From a virus (lineage: Duplodnaviria > Caudoviricetes): 59,728 nucleotides of DNA. Both the position numbers and the translations under genes were made by a program. Below the pieces are notes generated by a model. That model saw only the letters and a list, made by a program, of their open reading frames with translations, was not told where the DNA came from and searched no databases. The DNA is taken from the IMG/VR virus record IMGVR_UViG_3300042914_003096, positions 1 to 59,728 of that record; one strand, 5' to 3'. Positions 35,916-46,456 of the stretch are shown here, one piece after another (position 1 is the stretch's first letter; each line of letters begins with the position of its first letter).

Positions 35916-36589
35916 TAAAAATAGATAATAATACTAAAAAGATTTTGATGGAGTTATATCTTAAAAAAGGTATAGGTCTTGAGGGTAATATTACTAAACT
36001 CATTGATACCGAAAATGATGAAGATTTTAAAAACTATTTAAAAGATTGTGAAACAAAAGACGGAGACAAAAGAAAAAAACGTCTTGAGATGACAAAAAAA
36101 ATACAAAAACAAAATGAAGAACTGATAACGTTAAATGAAAAAAACAAAGAAATGATGGAGGATCTTCAGTTCACATTAAAAGAAGCTGAAGAACAAAAAG
36201 TAAAAATTGAAGTTCAGAACGGAGAGTTAATCGCTTGGAGAGAAGAAAACGAAAAAATACAACAAGACCTACAAAGAGAAATGATTAATTCTGAAAGTGC
36301 AAGAATACAAGCGGAGGAGGCAAAAACAAACGCATTAAACGACTTGGATATACTCCAAAAAAGAAACCAAACAGAACTTATTTCAACGATTGTTAGAGTT
36401 GCTCTATACATTATTGTTGGTGTTGGATTTATCACAACAGGGGTTTATGTATTTACTATGATTATGGGTAAAGATACTCAAGTAATAAGCGCAGCTTGGT
36501 CTAACATATTTGGAATACTTTTAACAAACGCGTTTTCAATAGTCGGAACCATTATGGGTATTAAGTATGCAACAGAAAATAAACAATAA
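35912..36589 (+). CDS. Coiled-coil protein with two C-terminal TM helices
   Basis: Long E/K/Q-rich coil then two hydrophobic segments; translationally coupled to the receiver. Confidence 0.7.
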   Translation: MIKIDNNTKKILMELYLKKGIGLEGNITKLIDTENDEDFKNYLKDCETKDGDKRKKRLEMTKKIQKQNEELITLNEKNKEMMEDLQFTLKEAEEQKVKIEVQNGELIAWREENEKIQQDLQREMINSESARIQAEEAKTNALNDLDILQKRNQTELISTIVRVALYIIVGVGFITTGVYVFTMIMGKDTQVISAAWSNIFGILLTNAFSIVGTIMGIKYATENKQ

Positions 36590-36601
36590 AACTTAAAAAT
36601 T

Positions 36602-37429
36602 ATGTTATTAAAAGTAGGATCAAAAGGAACTGATGTTGTTGAACTACAAAAAAAACTCGGACTTACTGCTGATGGTAGTTTTGGTCCAAAAACTGAAGCA
36701 GCTGTTAAAGCTTGGCAAACAAAAAATGGATTAACTCCTGATGGAACAGTTACGTCGGCAAATAAAAGTTGGGACCTAATGTTTGGAACCAATTTAATAA
36801 AAGAAGATGTTGTAATTGCAAAAGTAGAAGGGTTAAACATAGATAAACTTAAAGGTCACATCCCTGATGTTGTTTTAGCACAAATAGCTGAAACTGCGCA
36901 GAAATTTAACATCACAACTAATTTAAGACTAGCACACTTTTTAGCACAATGTGCCCACGAATCAGGAAACTTTAAAGCCGTTTCAGAAAATTTAAATTAT
37001 TCTGCAGACGGACTAAGAAAAATATTCGGTAAATACTTTCCAAGCACACTTGCTGAATCATATGCAAGACAACCTGAAAAAATTGCATCAAGAGTATATG
37101 CAGATAGAATGGGTAACGGAAATGAAACATCAAAAGAAGGTTTTAAATTTAGAGGTAGAGGTTACATCCAATTAACCGGAAAATCAAATTATTCTAATTT
37201 TTCAAAATTTATTGGTGAAGATTGTGTTACAAATCCTGATCTTGTTGCTACTAAATATCCACTAGCATCGGCAGCATTTTTCTTTAACAATAATGGTCTT
37301 TGGGGTGTCTGTGACAAAGGATCTGATGATGTTACGGTAACCGCCGTTACAAAAAGAGTTAACGGAGGAACTAATGGGTTGGCAGACAGGGTAAAACACT
37401 TCAAAGAGTTCTTTAACCTACTTAAGTGA
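36602..37429 (+). CDS. Endolysin: peptidoglycan-binding domain plus GH19 catalytic domain
   Basis: LQKKLGLTADGSFGPKTEAAVKAWQ; FLAQCAHES, ENLNYS, FRGRGYIQLTG, RVNGG. Confidence 0.92.
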   Translation: MLLKVGSKGTDVVELQKKLGLTADGSFGPKTEAAVKAWQTKNGLTPDGTVTSANKSWDLMFGTNLIKEDVVIAKVEGLNIDKLKGHIPDVVLAQIAETAQKFNITTNLRLAHFLAQCAHESGNFKAVSENLNYSADGLRKIFGKYFPSTLAESYARQPEKIASRVYADRMGNGNETSKEGFKFRGRGYIQLTGKSNYSNFSKFIGEDCVTNPDLVATKYPLASAAFFFNNNGLWGVCDKGSDDVTVTAVTKRVNGGTNGLADRVKHFKEFFNLLK

Positions 37430-37464
37430 TATTTATTACAAAATAAACCATAAAAAATAATTTT

Positions 37465-37632
37465 ATGAAATTTACAAGAGAACAAGTTATGGGTGTGGTA
37501 AGACACACATTAACATTCTTAGGTGGTATTGCAATTGCTAAAGGATATGCTTCAGACGCAACTGTAACAGAAATAATCGGTGCAGTAGTAACACTTGTTG
37601 GTGCCGTTTGGTCAGTAATGGCAAAAAAATAA
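37465..37632 (+). CDS. 55-aa two-TM putative holin (not in ORF track)
   Basis: MKFTREQVMGVVRHTLTFLGGIAIAKG...IIGAVVTLVGAVWSVMAKK, directly after the endolysin. Confidence 0.7.
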   Translation: MKFTREQVMGVVRHTLTFLGGIAIAKGYASDATVTEIIGAVVTLVGAVWSVMAKK

Positions 37633-37656
37633 TTTTTTAGTTTAATTAATTTATGT

Positions 37657-37683
37657 AACCCCACTCAAAAGGTGGGGTTTTTT
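37657..37683 (+). terminator. Intrinsic terminator
   Basis: AACCCCAC-tcaaaag-GTGGGGTT followed by a T run. Confidence 0.8.
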
Positions 37684-37709
37684 AATTTAAATGATATTTA
37701 TAAATTAGT

Positions 37710-38318
37710 ATGGAAAATTTGACAGGGATCATAATTGCATTTATAACGGGAGTTATAGGTCCAATACTTGTAATGTATATTAAAAACAAACTTGAAAAAA
37801 AAGAAAAACCCGATATGGTTATGGACACACTTCGTGTAAGTGAGTTAATAAATTCAAAAATTGAACACATAAGAGAAGAATTTGATGCTGATCGTGTTTG
37901 GGTTACACAGTTCCATAACGGAGGAAACTTTTACCCGACAGGAAAATCAATGGCAAAATTTTCAATTATGTATGAGGCGGTAAATTCTGGAGTATCATCA
38001 GTTCAAACAAATTTTCATAACATTCCTGTAAATTTATTTTCTAAATCTATTAATCAATTATATAATAACGATGTGATTGAAATTCCTGATTATAAAGATG
38101 AAACAGTTGCGACTTTTGGTTTAAAGTATATTGCTCAAGATACAGGATGTAAGTCAGGTTATTTATTTGCAATTAAAACAATAGATGAAAAATTTATTGG
38201 AACACTTGGTCTTGATTATACAAAAAGAAAAACTAAGTTAGATATCGAAGCAATAAATCATCTTATGGTACACGCATCATCAATTGGAGGTGTACTTATG
38301 ACACACTTAGAAAAATGA
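37710..38318 (+). CDS. N-terminal TM plus GAF-like domain protein (T4 T-type holin architecture)
   Basis: TM at residues 5-24; EFDADRVWVTQFHNGG...FIGTLGLDY GAF-like pattern; adjacent to lysis genes. Confidence 0.55.
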   Translation: MENLTGIIIAFITGVIGPILVMYIKNKLEKKEKPDMVMDTLRVSELINSKIEHIREEFDADRVWVTQFHNGGNFYPTGKSMAKFSIMYEAVNSGVSSVQTNFHNIPVNLFSKSINQLYNNDVIEIPDYKDETVATFGLKYIAQDTGCKSGYLFAIKTIDEKFIGTLGLDYTKRKTKLDIEAINHLMVHASSIGGVLMTHLEK

Positions 38319-38971
38319 GAAAAAGTTTAATAATTGAAAATATCGTAAAAAAGATTACAAAAAATATACTTTCTGAAGGATCTTTAGATAAACCAATCCT
38401 TGATATATCAAGAGAAGTTATAAGGTTATTTAAAAATGAAGAAAGTGATGAGTTCACATATGTTTTTTACAGAAGTGGAGAAGAAATTCAACTTTTAGTT
38501 GAGGTTGATTTTGAAGTTGTGGAAAATCATAATGAACCTTTTGAGGTTTATGGAGAAGCTGGATATGATGAACTTTATGTACTAATAATATATGATCCAC
38601 AAGTATTTCCTTCCTCAATGAATGATTTGGTTGCTGAAGTTAAAGAAACAATAACTCACGAATTGGAACATATTGTGCAGCAAAATTTTGAAGATGCATA
38701 TATAAGTCCACATGAAAGTGATTACTCCCAAGACAAAAGAGGTGGTGGATTTAATTACTATGTTAAAAAAATTGAAATTCCTGCTTTTGTTAAAGGACTT
38801 ATAAAAAGGGCCCGTACCAAAAAGATAAGTTTGGATATGGCTATGGATGAGTGGTACAAAGAAAACCATAGAAACTTTGAAAATGAAAATGACTGGAAAG
38901 ACGTTAAAAGAATTTGGATTGATTATGCAAATGAAATGAGAAAAAAAGAAAAAGTTAAAAAATTCAAATAA
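38315..38971 (+). CDS. Zincin-like (HExxH) protein with leader motif
   Basis: ITHELEH plus downstream EIPAF. Confidence 0.6.
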   Translation: MRKSLIIENIVKKITKNILSEGSLDKPILDISREVIRLFKNEESDEFTYVFYRSGEEIQLLVEVDFEVVENHNEPFEVYGEAGYDELYVLIIYDPQVFPSSMNDLVAEVKETITHELEHIVQQNFEDAYISPHESDYSQDKRGGGFNYYVKKIEIPAFVKGLIKRARTKKISLDMAMDEWYKENHRNFENENDWKDVKRIWIDYANEMRKKEKVKKFK

Positions 38972-39022
38972 CTAATTGTCTTATTGTTTTAAAACACTTA
39001 TATTTGTCTAAACAATAATTGT

Positions 39023-42000
39023 ATGGATATTATTAGACGTTGGTTAAAAAGACAAATCAAAAGAATCAAAGTTAAATTTTATATTTGGGAAAGGGGTAAA
39101 AGTTGGCTAAAAACCCCATCAGATGTTACTGGGTATGAAAAAATATCTTGCGCTATTGTTAGAAAAATGATCAACCATCCCGATTCAAAATTCACAATTG
39201 CACCACTTTCAGGTAAAAGATACATAATAAACAAAACTTTAGATATTTTTGTTATTATGGAAGATAGTAAACTTGAAATTACAAATCACGTTTATCATTA
39301 TGTAATATCACTTGGTGAAAGGGATATGGAAAAATTAACAAACCACTTCAACACAAAAGTAGAAACACAAAGATTGGAGTATGAAGATCAGATTAAATCG
39401 CAGATCACAAATACCCTTCACAAAATATATGACAAAATCACAGTAAACACTAACCAAAATGGAAAATAGAAAAGAACAAGACCTATTTGATGAAGCTCAA
39501 GAAAAAATTGAAATTATGACAAATAGTAATAATGTTATGATAATTTTAATGGTTCTTGTTATTTGTGAATTCATTTTATGGTTGTCAAATTACATTAATC
39601 TTACAACATATTGTATTATAACAGTTGTTTGTTATTTTTTTTATTTTTATCATAGATTTAAATACAATAAGGCCGATAAAAGGGTTATCGAAATACTAAA
39701 TGAAATAGATCCAAATAAATAAAAAAATGACAGAAAAAGAAATACAACTATTAGGATTCGTAAAAGAAGAAATGGTTGAATATGAAGGGGAAGTGAATCC
39801 TAATTATTACTACGCTTTAGATATTGTTGATGGGCTAACATTTATTACACCAAGTAATGATGACATTAAAAATAATGAATGGTATGTTGAATTTTTCAAT
39901 ACCGATCCACAAATCAGATTTGATAAATTTGAAGAACTACAGGCATTGATAAACTTATTAAATAAAAAAATAGTAACATTATGAGAATATTTTTTAGATT
40001 TTTGCAGATGTTATTTCTAATCCCACTTGGGGCAATATTATCATCTATTGGTGGAGTATATGCTCTTTTTGAGATATTAAAATGTAAATAAAAACAAAAC
40101 CATGAACAAACAAGTAGAGTACGAAAGATTATTAAACGAGCACCGTATAATTTCAAATCAGATTTCAGACATTAAAGCGGAACATTTTGAATTAAACGAA
40201 GAACAAAACAAACAGATTCAAAACCTTCAAAGAAAACAAGTTGTATTAATGAATCAAATGCAAAAACTATTTGGCAATAATTACTAAATTTGTAAAAACT
40301 ATTTAACATTATCATAAAACAATGAAATCAAATCATCAAATTAAAAAGTGGATTGAAAGAGTGATCAATTCTTGTAATACTTGGGATCAAGTCACAAGTG
40401 CGGAAAAACTTGTAGATAATTTCAAAAAACAAATGGTAAAAAATGAATACGATAGGATGTTATATTTACCAATAACTGTTGATTTGGATCATAGAATTTC
40501 TTTAAAAAGAAGAGATCTTGTTGAAGGGTATAATCAGATTTTGAATAACTAAAATGATTGGCAAATTAAAATTAAAAGACGATCAACCTTATGTTATGTA
40601 TAAGGTTGATTTTGATTTGCATCCTGATAGAATAATTGAAGAAAAAATAATTGAACAAATAAAAACCTATGGATTTTTATGGGTTGATTTTGAAGTTGAA
40701 ACAATAGCCGTTGGGGATAGTGAATTTGATGTTTTAGATAAGGATGTTGCTATGATTAAAAAAATATATGATTCTGATTTTGGAAAAATGAGTGAATCTG
40801 TATCGGTTGCGGCTCATAGACACGAAAAAAACATATATCCTGTTGGTGGATTTGCACCGGGTTATTACACAAATAAATGTGTTAGTTGTAAAAACTACTT
40901 TGTTGGTTATAAAAGATCCGTTCAGTGTGAAATATGTGCACACGAAGAATCAATTAACGGTGTGTTAGATCTTAAACAAAAACTTGATAGTTTAACTGAG
41001 TATTATTCAAAACTATTAAAAGTCACTATGGATAAAAACTACAGAGGAAATATCGATGAAGAATTAAAAAAAATAAAAGAAGAAATAAATCAGATAAAAA
41101 ATAAATTAAAAGATGAATAATAGTAACCCATTCAAAGGAATTGATAACGAACTATTTAAAAACCTGTCTAATATGATGGGTAACTTACCAATGAATAATA
41201 GTCCATTTGGTAAATTTGATTTTAAAAAAATTAGAAAATATATTTTATTTGCAGTAATTTCTGTATTTTTGTCGGGTGTTGCTGTTGGATTATTAATTGG
41301 TTTAATGTTTTAAAAATGGAAAAGGTAATAGAATTAAATTTGGGTATTGGGATGAATCAGTTGTTTCCTGAAACAACAAAGATTATCATTGAAGTTGATG
41401 AAGATCAAGAATTGAAAAATGTTGAAGATACTAACGAACAGAATAATTAAAAAATGAAATATTTCTTGTTTTTGACAATTTGTATTATCCTATCTAGTTG
41501 TAGAATAACCTATGTTGAAATTTATAATGTTGAAAAATATCCCGTAAGTTTTCAAGATACGATTTATTATAAACAAGAACATTGGCATTTTAAAGATCGT
41601 GATGATGTGTGGGTATGTGTTGATTTAGATGCGGATACTGCAGTGATAGATTTTCAAGACACTATCTGTGTTCCGATATATCAAGGAACCTACAAAAAGA
41701 AAAACCATAATTTTAATTAATTTATGAAACCATCTTTAATCATTTGTTTTTTTATTGGGATAATATTTTTTTCATATGTTAAAGGATTGTATGAAAAAAA
41801 TGAAGATCTTCAAATTGATAATATGATACTTGAAAGTGAATTATTAGAAAAAGAAGTTCAAATGGATAGTTTAACTAAAATGGTATACAAACTTGAAAAA
41901 AAATTAGAAACACCAAAAGAAATAAAACCAATAAAAAAACCTAAAAAGGTTATTGAAAAACCTGTTTTACCAATAATAGAAGATACGTTGGTTAATGTTA

Positions 42001-42947
42001 TCGATACGTTGAATAATTAAAATTTAAATAAATGAGAATAGGTAGAATTTTTGAAGCATATAAACGTAAAGATGCTTTTTGGTTTAGAATTTTTGGATAT
42101 GGATTTGCATTTGATAACCGTCTTCGGTTTAGTCAAAAATATGGGCATACAAAATATTATAAGTTTTTTGGAAAAATAGTTACACCTTTAAAACCTTATA
42201 GGAAATGGACAAGCAACAAATGAATGAATATTTAGAATCCATCGGTGGATTAGAAAACGGATTTTATAACGATAGACCGTTAATTAAAAATGATAATTTT
42301 TTTGATGTAGACGAAGGTTGGTATGAATTAATTAAAGATCTAATTGATGATCTTATTAAACTTGGTTGGAATAAACAAGTTTGCCAAGTTAAAGAAAAGT
42401 TTGGGGGACTTAGGTTTTATATCAACGAGGGATCTGATGAAATATATAAAAGAATAACCATCGCAGAAAAAGTAAGTTATAAAACTTGTGAAAGGTGCGG
42501 AGAAAAAGGTGAATTAAGAAATGATATCGGTTGGTATTTAACTTTATGTGAAAACCACTATATTGAAAAAAAAGACAAACTATGAAAAAAGAAATCCCAA
42601 TGTACGATCCCTACACCGGAGAATTAAATCCTTATTATGAAGGATTAACAGGACAACCAAATCCAATGAAAGAATCAAATTACGGAGGATTAGAAACGTA
42701 TTACATTACAGAAGAAAAACTAAGTGATGGTAATAGTAGATTTTATCCAACGATGAGTGTATCTTTAGATGGTGATAGATCTTGGAATATAGAACATCTA
42801 TTAAAAAAGTGGCATCCAGAGTATGGTGTTGATTATTGTGATAGTTATGAAATGGCGGAATCAGTAATTAAGAAAAACAAAGAATTTAGATCTGATTTAT
42901 TTTTTGAGGTAGTTGTAGTTGAAACAATAAATCACGAAATACTATAA
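39023..42947 (+). other. Run of about 13 short co-oriented hypothetical genes, several membrane or lipoprotein
   Basis: ORFs at 39023, 39459, 39727, 40102, 40322, 40554, 41113, 41454, 41724, 42032, 42205 and 42582, tightly packed. Confidence 0.6.
42205..42585 (+). CDS. Conserved phage protein with a zinc-binding C-terminus
   Basis: GW...QVKEKFGGLRFY...TCERCG...TLCENH. Confidence 0.65.
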   Translation: MDKQQMNEYLESIGGLENGFYNDRPLIKNDNFFDVDEGWYELIKDLIDDLIKLGWNKQVCQVKEKFGGLRFYINEGSDEIYKRITIAEKVSYKTCERCGEKGELRNDIGWYLTLCENHYIEKKDKL

Positions 42948-42948
42948 A

Positions 42949-43068
42949 ATGAAAAAACTATTATTAATTTTACCTCTACTGTTTTCTTGTAAGACATCTA
43001 AAAAAGCGGATTGCGATGCTTACGGATCAAAAGACAAAATAGAACATACAACACATACTTCTAAATAA
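42949..43068 (+). CDS. 39-aa lipoprotein, CDAYG type (not in ORF track)
   Basis: MKKLLLILPLLFSCKTSKKADCDAYGSKDKIEHTTHTSK. Confidence 0.7.
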   Translation: MKKLLLILPLLFSCKTSKKADCDAYGSKDKIEHTTHTSK

Positions 43069-43145
43069 AATGAAACCTCAACAATAGTTGGGGTTTTTTA
43101 TTGCTTGATGAATTCAAATTAATATCATATATTTTAAATAAAAAA

Positions 43146-43490
43146 ATGAAAACAGAGGAGTTTAACAAAATTGTTGATGAGGTGTATAATCACTACTTGG
43201 AAACACACCAGTATGAACCATTTATTTTACAAGAAGAAATGGATCTATCAAAAGAAGATTTTATTAAAAAAGTAACCAACAATTATGGATTTGGTCAATT
43301 ATTTGGAATATCTTTAAATGAAAGAGAGTTGAATACAGACGAAAGAAATAAATGGTTTCAAATAAATTTGAATGGTAATAACCCATTAATGAAATCTGAT
43401 TGGAAAGATTATGAATTAGACCAACAAAACATCCCAAGCAAACTAGTCACAGTGACATACAACGATAAAACAATAGAAAGTTATGAATAA
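43146..43490 (+). CDS. Hypothetical protein, paralog of the next gene
   Basis: Shared C-terminus NIP.KL.T..YNDKTIESYE. Confidence 0.65.
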   Translation: MKTEEFNKIVDEVYNHYLETHQYEPFILQEEMDLSKEDFIKKVTNNYGFGQLFGISLNERELNTDERNKWFQINLNGNNPLMKSDWKDYELDQQNIPSKLVTVTYNDKTIESYE

Positions 43491-43872
43491 AGAACAACAA
43501 GAATTATTGGATGAATCATATAAGGATTACTTCGTTAAAAAAAGTTCTGAAACTGGTCCTTTTGGGGTTGCTGGTATAATACCAACAAAGGATGAGTTTA
43601 TCAACAATTGTAAAAACAATCCTGAGTTCTCTGAAAGGTGGGGATTGAAAATTGAGGAACGAGAGTTGAGTTGGGAAGACCGTAAAAATTTGTTAACTCC
43701 AGAACAATATGACGGCACTGCATTAAATAAATATGGACATAAAGATTGTGGATTTGGTGACATAAGTCCATTTACAGATAAAGTGATTCATTATTGGATG
43801 AATTTACATAATATTCCAACCAAACTAATAACAATTAAATACAACGATAAAACAATTGAAAGTTATGAGTGA
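43483..43872 (+). CDS. Hypothetical protein, paralog of the previous gene
   Basis: Same motifs as 43146. Confidence 0.65.
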   Translation: MNKEQQELLDESYKDYFVKKSSETGPFGVAGIIPTKDEFINNCKNNPEFSERWGLKIEERELSWEDRKNLLTPEQYDGTALNKYGHKDCGFGDISPFTDKVIHYWMNLHNIPTKLITIKYNDKTIESYE

Positions 43873-44402
43873 TAATAGTAAGATGGGTTATACAATTAAA
43901 CATATAGGTGAAGGTAATTTTGAGGCAACAATAGATGAAACCGGAGAGATCAAGGAATGTGGTCCTAATGTAAAAGGAATGATCAGGTATACATATTTTG
44001 AAGATTATTCATTACCACCGGTTGGGTGGGAAGTAACACAAAAACAATTACTTGAAGATTACCAACCAAAAGTTATGAAAGATATTATGGATGGAAAAAT
44101 TAAACCAGGAAAACACGAATTTTAAATTAAAACAAAGATGAGTAACAATAAAACAAAATGGGAAGATATTAAATTTCCAAGAGTTAAAAATATACAAGCA
44201 AAAACAGTAGCTGATAGCATTGAAGGAATACCAACAGAAGATATGCCAAAACGTATGGCTGAAATGTACGTGTCAGTAACTAAACACGCATTAGAAACAA
44301 TACATAAAAAACTAAATGAAATACGTGGTGTTGAAGGTAAAGAAGATAGAGTTAAATACCTAGAAGAACTTTTAGTTGCGTGGTCATAAAAAGTAGAAAG
44401 TT

Positions 44403-44723
44403 ATGAATAATTTAGATAAACAATACACAGATTTATTACAGGACATTTTAGATAATGGAGTTACAAAACAAGACCGTACTGGGACAGGAACGATTTCAGT
44501 ATTTGGAAGACAAATACGTCATAAAATGAGTGATGGATTTCCACTTCTTACAACAAAGAAGATGCCATTCCGTCTTATAGCAACAGAATTGTTATGGTTC
44601 CTACGTGGTGATACAAACATTAAATTCCTTGTTGATAATAATTGTCATATTTGGGATGGGGACGCTTACCAAGCGTATCTCAAAGAATGTGAAAAATTAA
44701 AAAAAGATGAGGAAAATATGTAA
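44403..44723 (+). CDS. thyA: Thymidylate synthase, N-terminal fragment
   Basis: [28 protein letters not shown]. Confidence 0.9.
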   Translation: MNNLDKQYTDLLQDILDNGVTKQDRTGTGTISVFGRQIRHKMSDGFPLLTTKKMPFRLIATELLWFLRGDTNIKFLVDNNCHIWDGDAYQAYLKECEKLKKDEENM

Positions 44724-44761
44724 TTTTTATATCCATCACCATATTTATATAAAAAGAGAAT

Positions 44762-45484
44762 ATGGAAACAAAATATTATTTGTATATTAAAACAAGTCCG
44801 TTAGGGTTGAGATATCTTGGTAAAACAACAAAAGACCCAATCACCTATTTAGGTAGTGGTAAGATTTGGAAACGACACATTAAAAAACATAATTTTACCA
44901 TTAATGATATTGAAACGGAAATTGTTTTTGAAACAAATAATGTTGATGAGTTAATTAAAAAAGGTATAGAATTAAGTAATTTATATAATATTGTTGAATC
45001 AAAGGAATGGGCTAATTTAAGAGAAGAATCTGGTGATGGTGGAGATACTAGTAAGTTTATTGATTTTTCAAACCCATCTTTCCACAACTCAAATAGAAGT
45101 AAACATTTAAATATTTGGTTAAATGAAGTAACAGAAGAAGAAAGAAAAAAAATTCTAAGAGACAGAATTAGTAAAGTGAATTTTAAAGAAAGAGATAAAA
45201 AAACAAAAGAAAATACAGATTGGGATAGTTGGCGAGAATCTATCAAAAATAGGAAAACCGACTATTCTAAATTCTTAAACAAAGTACACGAAAAGAATAA
45301 AAAACCAGTATTACAGTTTGATATGGATGGTAATTTTATACAAGAATTTGATAGTGCTTCATCTGCCGCTAAATCATTGGGTTACGATAATGGTGGAAAC
45401 ATAACAAATTGTTGTAAAGGTAGGTGTAAATCTACTTTAGGTTATAAATGGAAATATAAAAATATAGAAAATGAAAGCAAATAA
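44762..45484 (+). mobile_element. GIY-YIG (Seg-like) homing endonuclease with C-terminal NUMOD1 HTH, inserted in thyA
   Basis: YLYIK...RYLGKT...YLGSG; KPVLQFDMDGNFIQEFDSASSAAKSLG...GYKWKY; own ATATTTAT motif. Confidence 0.85.
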
Positions 45485-46442
45485 AAAAGATTTACACGAA
45501 AGTGGTAGACCCCTTACACAAGAAGAGTTTATAAACAAAATCAAAACCAATGATGAGTTTGCTGAAAAATTTGGAGAATTGGGAAAAATTTATGGACATC
45601 AATGGAGAAGTTGGGAGCACAATACAGGTGATACTTGGACTGGGATGAAACACAACCAATCAATTAAAACCAAAATAGACCAAATCGCAAACCTAATCAA
45701 CGACCTTAAAACAAATCCAGACTCAAGACGTTTGATGGTTAATGCTTGGAATGTTGGAGAATTGGATTCAATGGTACTCCCACCTTGTCATTATGGATTT
45801 CAAGTTTATACAAGAGAGTTGAGTTTAAGGGAAAGAAATCTTTATTGGTATGGTAAAAATGGTAATACGGTTTTCCCAGAAGATAATATTGATAATGAAA
45901 ATTTAGATAAATTAAATGTTCCTAAACGAGCAATCTCTTTAATGTGGAATCAACGTTCAGTAGATACATTCTTAGGTTTACCATTCAATATTGCATCTTA
46001 TGGATTGTTATTGGAAATAATTGCTAAAGCAGTTAATATGGTTCCAGATGAATTAATTGGTAACTTGGGTGATACACATTTATATTTGAATCACATTGAA
46101 CAAGCAAAGGAACAGATTGGTAGAGAATTGAGTTTGGAAGAAAGAAATGAAATTCATAAGAATCTTGCTGGACATATGAGATATCACATTGATAAACTTG
46201 ATTTGTTAAAAAAAATAGACTATAGTGGTGATTTAATTACACACGAAATTTTAGATGAGTTAGATGTTCCGAAAAGAAAACGACAACCATATCCATTACC
46301 TACATTGAAGATAAATTCAGGAAATGAAAATTGGCATTTGTTAGAAATCGACGAAGTCATTAATAGCTTAGATCCTGATATTACTTTTAAAGTAGAGAAC
46401 TATCAATCACATCCAACAATTAAAGCACCTTTAAGTAATTAA
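45471..46442 (+). CDS. thyA: Thymidylate synthase, C-terminal catalytic fragment
   Basis: LGKIYGHQWR, PDSRR, LPPCH, QRSVDTFLGLPFNIASY, GDTHLYLNH. Confidence 0.92.
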   Translation: MKANKKDLHESGRPLTQEEFINKIKTNDEFAEKFGELGKIYGHQWRSWEHNTGDTWTGMKHNQSIKTKIDQIANLINDLKTNPDSRRLMVNAWNVGELDSMVLPPCHYGFQVYTRELSLRERNLYWYGKNGNTVFPEDNIDNENLDKLNVPKRAISLMWNQRSVDTFLGLPFNIASYGLLLEIIAKAVNMVPDELIGNLGDTHLYLNHIEQAKEQIGRELSLEERNEIHKNLAGHMRYHIDKLDLLKKIDYSGDLITHEILDELDVPKRKRQPYPLPTLKINSGNENWHLLEIDEVINSLDPDITFKVENYQSHPTIKAPLSN

Positions 46443-46456
46443 TAAAAATAAGCCAT

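Noticed and set aside
44724-45470. Group I intron in thyA, as in T4 td
   Set aside because: No flanking non-coding sequence for the ribozyme core; the endonuclease ORF abuts both thyA fragments
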